From Thermoproteota archaeon (lineage in GTDB: Archaea > Korarchaeota > Korarchaeia > Korarchaeales > Korarchaeaceae), in the NCBI GenBank assembly GCA_027492205.1, contig JAOZFN010000007.1, positions 76,271-110,825 on the forward strand: DNA of 34,555 nucleotides. The letters run 5' to 3'. Of the stretch, positions 27,501-32,930 are shown piece by piece. The translations under genes and the position numbers were made by a program. Numbering within the stretch: the stretch's first letter is position 1; each line of letters starts with the position of its first letter. Under the pieces are notes generated by a model. The model was given only the letters and a program-made list of their open reading frames with translations, searched no databases and had not been told where the DNA came from.

Positions 27501-28505
27501 GAAGCTGGGGGGCACCAGGTCGGAGTCGCCCAGTATGGTCACGTACCTCAGGTTCGGGTGGGCCACCCGGTCCCTCAGGTACGATATGATTCTCTTGGCG
27601 AGGTCGTAGTCGTACCCGACTATCCGGTCCCTGTCGGGGAGGGTCTCGTTCCAGTAGCCGGGGAGGGGGGGATCCCCGGCCGGCGGGTAGTACCTGGCTA
27701 TCTCCTCCACGGTGACCACGGCCGTCGGGACGCCCCAATCGGCGTGGAGCTCCGCCAGCTCCTCTGCCGCGTCCCTGAGGCCCTCTGTGGTTATGATCAC
27801 GCCCTCGGCCCCGGTGAGTATTGGCGAGAGGGCCTCTGCCGGGCCCTCCTCCCCCGCGACGTAGTACAGCTCGACCCGGGCACTCGTTATCAGGACCGCC
27901 CTCCTGCGGGCCGGGGAGTACTGGACCGGGAAGAACTCCACGAAGGCCAGGACCCTCCGGCCGTCGCTCCCGTACCTGACTCGGGCGACTACCCCGGGCA
28001 GGTAGGCCTCCGAGGAGTAGACCTCCGGGTCGGGGCTGAGGACGTCTCCTCCCTCCCTCCCGACCTCTCCGGGAGGCCCGCCGCCCCTGGGCGGGAGCCA
28101 GGTCTGCGGCTTGGGCATCGGCGCTATCACCAGGTCGCCCTCAAGCTCCACGTACTCCCCGCCGACCACCCTCAGGCCGAGCACCCTGGCGCCGGGCGGG
28201 AGCTCCAGCTCCGTGACCCTGACCGGCAGGAGGGGCTCCCCGGGCGATCCCCTGAGCTTGGATCCGCTCAGCGTGACGAGGTCAAATCCCGCCATCTTCA
28301 GCGTCTCCACCTCGGACGGGTCCACTGCGAGGGAGAGCGACAGGGTCTCGAAGGGTCCGGTCGGGGGAGAGGGTAGTCCCATGTCGATGCCCAGGTCCTT
28401 CAGGTCCATCGAGGGAGTCGCCGCGAGGGGTCCTGGGACCGGGACGAGGAGGATTCCGGTGAGGGCCAGCAGAGAGAGGGTGGATGACAGCCTTCTCCTC
28501 CTCAA
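24549..28505 (-). CDS. secreted multidomain peptidase C25 (gingipain-like): propeptide, C25 domain, GATase-like domain, beta-propeller repeats
   Basis: Signal peptide; propeptide PGEPLLPV...FFPVQYSP; C25 motifs YVTILGD, PTDYLYA, PDYAVGRLP, NHG and ACDNAAFD dyad, LLGDPAL; YLDSGGRLFLSGQDIG domain; C-terminal PSVAV..G.VYVAY repeats. Confidence 0.85.
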   Translation of the reverse strand: MRRRRLSSTLSLLALTGILLVPVPGPLAATPSMDLKDLGIDMGLPSPPTGPFETLSLSLAVDPSEVETLKMAGFDLVTLSGSKLRGSPGEPLLPVRVTELELPPGARVLGLRVVGGEYVELEGDLVIAPMPKPQTWLPPRGGGPPGEVGREGGDVLSPDPEVYSSEAYLPGVVARVRYGSDGRRVLAFVEFFPVQYSPARRRAVLITSARVELYYVAGEEGPAEALSPILTGAEGVIITTEGLRDAAEELAELHADWGVPTAVVTVEEIARYYPPAGDPPLPGYWNETLPDRDRIVGYDYDLAKRIISYLRDRVAHPNLRYVTILGDSDLVPPSFYYYDEGWWGGGYEAWIPTDYLYASPDYDLVPDYAVGRLPVNSSAAGEVVDKLASWSPGDWFWSAALIAGPAFPFKEFHGELLSVDTVNEGYLSDFRVRKLYYSTGDLTPDSALEAYGGGYGLIYEVNHGSGDGMWLYNFEGFVELVDVGDLLSMPESTELPVVVSVACDNAAFDEELWSVGFPISFGEGLLLSPAGGVAYFGATRVAYAGLDWGESEGYVVDAYPFYMDQMTQNFFLSYSEGVRALGDAALGAWRLYAMWNDVSGSDWSALIDRRTLLETALLGDPALTLPRRGGSQPGQRPLIEAVDPDGHSPFSGEPYYWTDGPAAVRVSSPGDEVTVYRVNWTVHRVDDLAQGRGEFDYSFSAGWRGEYLVRAESPDGMEGWLFLHTVPPQTGARVLLVEDVWDYAHYEFTWPHYYEDALSGLGEDFDVWPAYALGYPDAGDLRGHGVAIWYTPSDPPGWLWGNLFSAAGALEEYLDSGGRLFLSGQDIGDDYNSWAYDPYLLDFYRYYLHAEYVGHSNIFQLEGVPGDPISDGLTIGIEGGDGAWNQWLQEEVNPAEGGVCVFTYTGDGCGAVRADTGVYRVVYFAFGFEAINSSADRAEVMSRVLDWLSEGAGTTRTGLDWVKRVTSDANPDHAPSVATSPAGHAYVAYQSFVGGDYEIYLAKYSPAGGRLWAKRLTYSSGDSEMPSVAVAPNGYVYVAYSDDSYGQYEVVLKKVKWDGTVVWTKRLTMARWSPGDSIYPSVAVAPNGYVYVAYSDDSPGNFEIYLKKVSAQGKVLWTKRLTMARWSPGDSLWPSVAVGPDGHIYVAYSDDSYGQYEVVLKELTSGGKVLWTRRLTRDDDLSIYPRLTASPTGDLYVAFLGLFEGMGDAWTWTLHLDASGNLLHGVGYYAVEPRGPPGLAVEPGTGTVAVTLVSGGSLDVVAFNPALSPINRIHVDLGDWTVSACAGASADGSAYFSLEGESSGFSDIYLIRIFAASG
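24960..25600 (-). repeat. intragenic tandem repeats of about 162 bp (54 aa) encoding propeller blades
   Basis: Identical blocks at 25119-25157 and 25281-25319, at about 25212-25262 and 25374-25424 (offset 162), and starting at 25023 and 25347 (offset 324). Confidence 0.9.
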
Positions 28506-28695
28506 GGGGAGTTCACCTCGCGCGCCGTTAGTTTCACCAAGCTCGCCACTTATCTAAAAATCATTCCCCCCCCAAGGGGGGCTGCGTTCGGAATCCTTCA
28601 CATACAAAGGGAGGGCAGGTGCTCGGTGGGTGGGGATGGGAAGGGTAGCGTCAGCTAAAAGAGTCTCCGCCCCGCGTGGTGGAATTCCCTATCAA

Positions 28696-28720
28696 GCTCA
28701 CCTCACCTCACTTCACTTCA
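28696..28720. repeat. five tandem imperfect 5-mers
   Basis: GCTCA CCTCA CCTCA CTTCA CTTCA. Confidence 0.7.
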
Positions 28721-28759
28721 AACTCCAATCTGATCCTCGCCTCGCGAGCTCCGTCCGTG

Positions 28760-28984
28760 TCATCCGTGGGCCGACGAGATCAGCGTTACTGGATCGCCTA
28801 GGGACTCGGACAGGCAGAAGCCCCCCAGTATCAGGGGCATGAGCGGGTATGCGGGGACGACCCATACTCCGCGCCTGGGCCTCGAGCTGGTGTTCAGCTC
28901 CCTCGGAATGGGGGAGAGAACCCTGCGCAGAGCGAACTTTCTACCGCCGGGGACCGACTCTTCCACCGGACACCCTTGGCCCAC
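28760..28984 (-). pseudogene. diverged copy of the C-terminal ~70 aa of the adjacent A24 peptidase (remnant or mini-gene)
   Basis: PVEESVPGGRKFALRRVLSP...WVVPAYPLMPLILGGFCLSESLGDPVTL aligns with PAEEVRDGRRKLNLSRVLSP...WFVPAYPLMPLILLGYLLSLAVGDPLTL. Confidence 0.75.
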
Positions 28985-29007
28985 CGCACTGCCCGATCTC
29001 GCCTGCG

Positions 29008-29721
29008 TCAGGGTCGGTACACCCCCGCCAGGAGGGTCAAGGGGTCGCCGACTGCGAGGGAGAGGAGATATCCGAGTAGTATCAGGGGCATTAGCGGATA
29101 GGCGGGCACAAACCATCGGCAGCTCTCGTCGGGAACCCTTGCCTCCAAAGGGCTCAGGACTCTGGACAGATTCAGCTTTCTTCTGCCGTCACGCACCTCC
29201 TCCGCGGGAACCGCCCCGAGCCCCGGCCTTGTGGTGAGCAGAGCCAGTCCGATTATTATTTTCCAGACAGGCTCATCTACACCCTCTAGGAGGGAAGGAT
29301 CTCTCCTTAATTTGAGAAAATTTGAAATCAATTGTATCGGAGGAATGGTCAGGACCAAGGCCTTGGAGTATATCAGGGTGGAGAACATCGGGGGGATTGC
29401 CCTCAGAACGGGATCCCTGAGGTAGAGCGGGGTGGACAGTCCTATGGACAGGTACGCCAGCACGTCTGCCTCCCCGAGGAGTCTGAGTTTCCAGCTGAGG
29501 ATCAGAACACCCACCGCGGGGGCGGAGAGGAGCGCCGATGACACAATGTGGTCCACCATTCCGCGGCCTGCGAGGGCCAAGTCTAGGATCAATGAGGGCA
29601 AAGCCAACGCGAGCCATATCTTATCGCTCACCTGGCGAGTCCTAACGTCCTGGATGGATGCGGTCAGCAGAGATGCAGCCGTGATCGCGTACTGAGCTGC
29701 TATTATATATCGAACCGACAA
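29008..29721 (-). CDS. A24-family prepilin/prearchaellin peptidase (FlaK/PibD-like)
   Basis: First Asp in IQDVRTRQVSDKIW, second in LGEAD (GxAD variant), C-terminal W.VPAYPLMPLI...GD motif, hydrophobic helices. Confidence 0.85.
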   Translation of the reverse strand: MSVRYIIAAQYAITAASLLTASIQDVRTRQVSDKIWLALALPSLILDLALAGRGMVDHIVSSALLSAPAVGVLILSWKLRLLGEADVLAYLSIGLSTPLYLRDPVLRAIPPMFSTLIYSKALVLTIPPIQLISNFLKLRRDPSLLEGVDEPVWKIIIGLALLTTRPGLGAVPAEEVRDGRRKLNLSRVLSPLEARVPDESCRWFVPAYPLMPLILLGYLLSLAVGDPLTLLAGVYRP

Positions 29722-29833
29722 TTCTCCCCCTACGCTGCTGATCAGGCTTAGACGGATAAAATCTACGATAGTTCGGTCTTAAGGGGCTACTGCGGCACCC
29801 GCCAGTGATCCCCGAGCCGCACGCCCACAAAAC

Positions 29834-29849
29834 CACTTTTAAGAAAGTG
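29834..29849. promoter_or_regulatory. inverted repeat over the TATA-like element of the pilin-like gene
   Basis: CACTTT-TAAG-AAAGTG; TTTTAAG lies about 25 nt upstream of ATG 29868. Confidence 0.5.
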
Positions 29850-29867
29850 CGCTGATAGGAGGGAGCG

Positions 29868-30281
29868 ATGTCAAGAACGACGATTGAAGTTGTCCTCCTA
29901 GTTCTTGGGGTGACCTTGGCGGTCCTCACATTTTACGTGGTCAGGGGCGGCACCATCAACATCTTCACCAGACAAACATCTTCACTACCCCAGACAGACA
30001 TTCAGATTGTGAACTTCAATCCGTGTGACGGGTCAAGCGCCGTAATAACGATAAAAAACAAGGGGCCGGTGACGCTCCAGGTATCCTCAGAGGACGATTG
30101 GGCGGTCTTCATCAACAACTCCGCCGTGACTCTCTGCCCCATGGGGCCCGCCCAGGTGGATGTTGGCGAGACTATAGAACTCCACATATGCGGCTGCTTC
30201 GACGAAAACGCCCCACAGTCGATCAAGGTATTTGGCCCTCAGAACAGCCAGGCCTGGGCTAGCTGGGCCCCGCCGGGATGA
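29868..30281 (+). CDS. archaeal type IV pilin-like protein
   Basis: N-terminal hydrophobic helix followed by a beta-rich domain with ITIKNKG and VFINN; divergent from the A24 peptidase; SD GGAGG. Confidence 0.65.
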   Translation: MSRTTIEVVLLVLGVTLAVLTFYVVRGGTINIFTRQTSSLPQTDIQIVNFNPCDGSSAVITIKNKGPVTLQVSSEDDWAVFINNSAVTLCPMGPAQVDVGETIELHICGCFDENAPQSIKVFGPQNSQAWASWAPPG

Positions 30282-30735
30282 TCGCTATGAGGCCCTCCCC
30301 CTGCTCCGCCTTGAGGTTGGAGATGTAGAGGACGTAGTCCTCGGCCTGCTGGTCGTACCTCAGGGAGAATATTATCTCGCCGGAGTAGAGGGGGCTGGGG
30401 GCCACGACCCTGATGTCAGAGGCCCAGGCGGCCTCCCCCCTCCCTTCGGCGGACCCGCTTACCACTCTGACGACAACCCTCCGGTCCTCGGGCAGGACGT
30501 ATATCTCAACCAGCTTCCCCCGGGAGGGGGAGACCTTAATGGACTCCTCACCGACGATGGCCCCCTCCGTCCTGCTGGCGGCCAGGAAGTCGATCTCGTC
30601 GGCGATTACCCTGGCTACGATCTCGGCGTCCCTGCTCAGGCTCCTCCGGAGGACCACCGGCCTTATGTAGAAGGAGTAGGCCAGGACGAGAACCCCCATC
30701 AGCACCAACGTGGCCACGACGGCGACGTCCCTCAA
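30259..30735 (-). CDS. N-terminally anchored pilin-like protein
   Basis: TTG 30735 after GGGTGA gives MRDVAVVATLVLMGVLVLAYSFY, then an amphipathic helix (ARVIADEIDFL) and beta strands. Confidence 0.6.
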   Translation of the reverse strand: MRDVAVVATLVLMGVLVLAYSFYIRPVVLRRSLSRDAEIVARVIADEIDFLAASRTEGAIVGEESIKVSPSRGKLVEIYVLPEDRRVVVRVVSGSAEGRGEAAWASDIRVVAPSPLYSGEIIFSLRYDQQAEDYVLYISNLKAEQGEGLIAIIPAGPS

Positions 30736-30740
30736 CCCGC

Positions 30741-31226
30741 TCACCCTCCCCCTCGGTTCCACCCGATAGTGATCACCATCGGCTGTTTGTAGGAGACCGT
30801 GACTAGGTTGACAGAATTCGCGTAGGCGAGGCCCCCGTTCTCCAGTCTCCACTCACCCGTCGAGTTGACGACCACGGCCGTCGCGGTCCCGCGGGGCTCG
30901 ATTCTGACCTCTACCACCTCACCTTCGAACTCGACGCTCACTCCCTCCCAGACCGGACACGCGTCGCACAGGAACGTGGTGGCATTTGGTTCGAACGCCG
31001 GAGTGACGTGGTCCGGTATGTTCAAGTACAGGCTGGATTCTGAGCCGGGACCCGATACAACGACCCCCTCAATAGCGTTGGCGAGCGTTATGGCATCTTT
31101 CAACGTGACGTCGAGCCTCTGCCTGGCCTCTCTCTCGCGCATGTAGGGGAGAATCAGCTGATACGCGGTGGCCAGGACTATAACGCCGAGGAGTAGGAGG
31201 GTCGCGGCTATGGCCACAGAATTCAC
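30741..31226 (-). CDS. minor pilin-like protein
   Basis: Hydrophobic N-terminus, long helix and LANAIEGVVVSGPGSESSLYLNIP, resembling archaeal class III-signal pilin-like proteins. Confidence 0.65.
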   Translation of the reverse strand: MNSVAIAATLLLLGVIVLATAYQLILPYMREREARQRLDVTLKDAITLANAIEGVVVSGPGSESSLYLNIPDHVTPAFEPNATTFLCDACPVWEGVSVEFEGEVVEVRIEPRGTATAVVVNSTGEWRLENGGLAYANSVNLVTVSYKQPMVITIGWNRGGG

Positions 31227-31232
31227 GGGCGA

Positions 31233-32366
31233 TCACCCCTCCGGCACGCCCACCAACGCCTCAAATTTCACGGAGTACGGGTAGATGTAGATAGGTATGA
31301 ACGCTCCGTTCACGCCGCCCCCATGGCGAACAACGTACAAGCCGGGTGGAACGTCGAGTCCTAGGACCACCAGCTCCGAACCTGAGACGACCCTGACCAG
31401 CTCCCCCTCACCGGGGTCGTACCAGAGGTAGTCTGGAGGGATGCGCCCCGGGGACATCTTTATCGGCACGATGCGCCAGAGTTCCCAGCTCGCTGTGGAC
31501 AGCACAATCTTCTCTCCCGCCTGGAAGTGGTGGGACTCGCCCCCCGTCTCGTTGAGCGTCATGACGTCTTCGTCCCTTCCAGGTAGAGAATCCGTCACCA
31601 CCGTTCCCAGGTCACGGTTGATGGAAAAGCTCCACTGTACTCCTTCGATTTCGCCCTGATAGGACACCGAGACGGTCAGGTCTATGGGGGCGTATCCGGG
31701 GTAGGACTCCCCCGAGAGCGGGACCACAACCTTTGCCCCCCCATTCTGGACGGGCGCCGATCTCACCCTGAGTGACTCCCCGCCGGCTATCACCTCTACA
31801 GTCGCACTTCCAGCGGTTATCGGAGTTCCATCAGGCCAGAAGGCCAAGACGTACACGATCACATCCTCCACCTCCCAGTATGGGCTCCCTGGACCGGTGG
31901 TGTGGTTGACGACGTAGACCTTCTCTCTGTACGGGACGACCAGGAAGACCGGTGAGGTCCTGTTTTTAGGAAGTGAGTAGAGGCCGTGGGTGACGTTGAA
32001 CTTAAGTTCAGGCGTGGGAGAGTCGGTGGAGTTGACCAGGTGCATCTCGTACTCAGAGCCATTATAGAGCAGCTGGGAGGCGTTGAGCTGCGCCCAGGCG
32101 CCGGTGCTGTTGTAGATCGTCTCCACCAGTCTGTCTAATTTTGCAATAAACTCCTCATAGTCGATGTCACCCTGAACGTACATGGAGAAGATCCCTCCCG
32201 CTATTCCGGCAATCCCCCTGGCCTCCATCCTCGCGACTCTCTCGGAAAACTCGAGACCCGTCACCTGAGAGTAACCCCAGCCAAGCCCGTGCAGCCTAAT
32301 TGCGGAGAGCGCAACGAGGGCTATGAGGGCGACCGAGGCTATGGCCTCCAGGGGCTCCACATCCAA
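31233..32366 (-). CDS. N-terminally anchored extracellular protein (pilus-accessory-like)
   Basis: N-terminal TM (LEAIASVALIALVALSAI), eight N-x-S/T sequons, Ig-like segment WPDGTPITAGSATVEV. Confidence 0.6.
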   Translation of the reverse strand: MDVEPLEAIASVALIALVALSAIRLHGLGWGYSQVTGLEFSERVARMEARGIAGIAGGIFSMYVQGDIDYEEFIAKLDRLVETIYNSTGAWAQLNASQLLYNGSEYEMHLVNSTDSPTPELKFNVTHGLYSLPKNRTSPVFLVVPYREKVYVVNHTTGPGSPYWEVEDVIVYVLAFWPDGTPITAGSATVEVIAGGESLRVRSAPVQNGGAKVVVPLSGESYPGYAPIDLTVSVSYQGEIEGVQWSFSINRDLGTVVTDSLPGRDEDVMTLNETGGESHHFQAGEKIVLSTASWELWRIVPIKMSPGRIPPDYLWYDPGEGELVRVVSGSELVVLGLDVPPGLYVVRHGGGVNGAFIPIYIYPYSVKFEALVGVPEG

Positions 32367-32372
32367 CTCGCT

Positions 32373-32855
32373 TCACCCGCCCGAGAGCTTAACCAAAACC
32401 CTGCACAGGGTTCCATTCTCATAAACAGCGTATCCAGGGACCGTGTATATCAGTCCAGCATGGAGGGGGGTCCCTAGAACGACGGATGGGCGCTCTTCAA
32501 AGTTCCCGGGATCAGAGGGATCCTCGCGATATATCTCCACGAGGACGTCGTAGGGCCAGGCCCCGCTCCCGTTGCGGAATAGCTCATAGTTCGAGTCGGC
32601 CATGGCCCTCACCTCCTCGAGCCTGGTCAGGTTGATGACGTAGGGCCTGTCGTCACTGGCCAGGCCCACGATGGGGGGGGTTGACCCCAGGTCGCCCTCG
32701 TTCTCTAGGAGCTGCTTCATTACCCTCTCCGCCGCCGCGATCTCAGCCGGATCCTCTCCAAACTCGAGCCTGGAAATCTGCCACGTCGTGAGCAGGCCAA
32801 ATATTAGGACCATAACTAGCGAAGCGGTCCACGCCAACACCTTCCTCATATCCAC
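32373..32855 (-). CDS. minor pilin-like membrane-anchored protein
   Basis: N-terminal TM; GLASDDRPYVINLTRL...YDVLVEI resembles uncharacterised proteins of archaeal pilus clusters. Alternative ATG 32849. Confidence 0.6.
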   Translation of the reverse strand: MDMRKVLAWTASLVMVLIFGLLTTWQISRLEFGEDPAEIAAAERVMKQLLENEGDLGSTPPIVGLASDDRPYVINLTRLEEVRAMADSNYELFRNGSGAWPYDVLVEIYREDPSDPGNFEERPSVVLGTPLHAGLIYTVPGYAVYENGTLCRVLVKLSGG

Positions 32856-32930
32856 CCCCCTCTCAGAGGGACCTTCGAGTGCAGACAGAGGCGGCTGATC
32901 GCCTATGTCTGACGATGATGGCTTTCCGGC

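Noticed and set aside
28480-28505. Tat export of the C25 protein (MRRRRL)
   Set aside because: Lacks the S/T-R-R-x-F-L consensus; it looks like a basic Sec n-region.
28510-28760. tRNA or C/D-box sRNA in the long spacer
   Set aside because: No cloverleaf or properly placed RTGATGA/CTGA pair could be identified by eye.
28760-29212. DGR template/variable repeat pair
   Set aside because: Differences are not adenine-specific, are mainly synonymous in the conserved core, include indels, and no reverse transcriptase is in the window.
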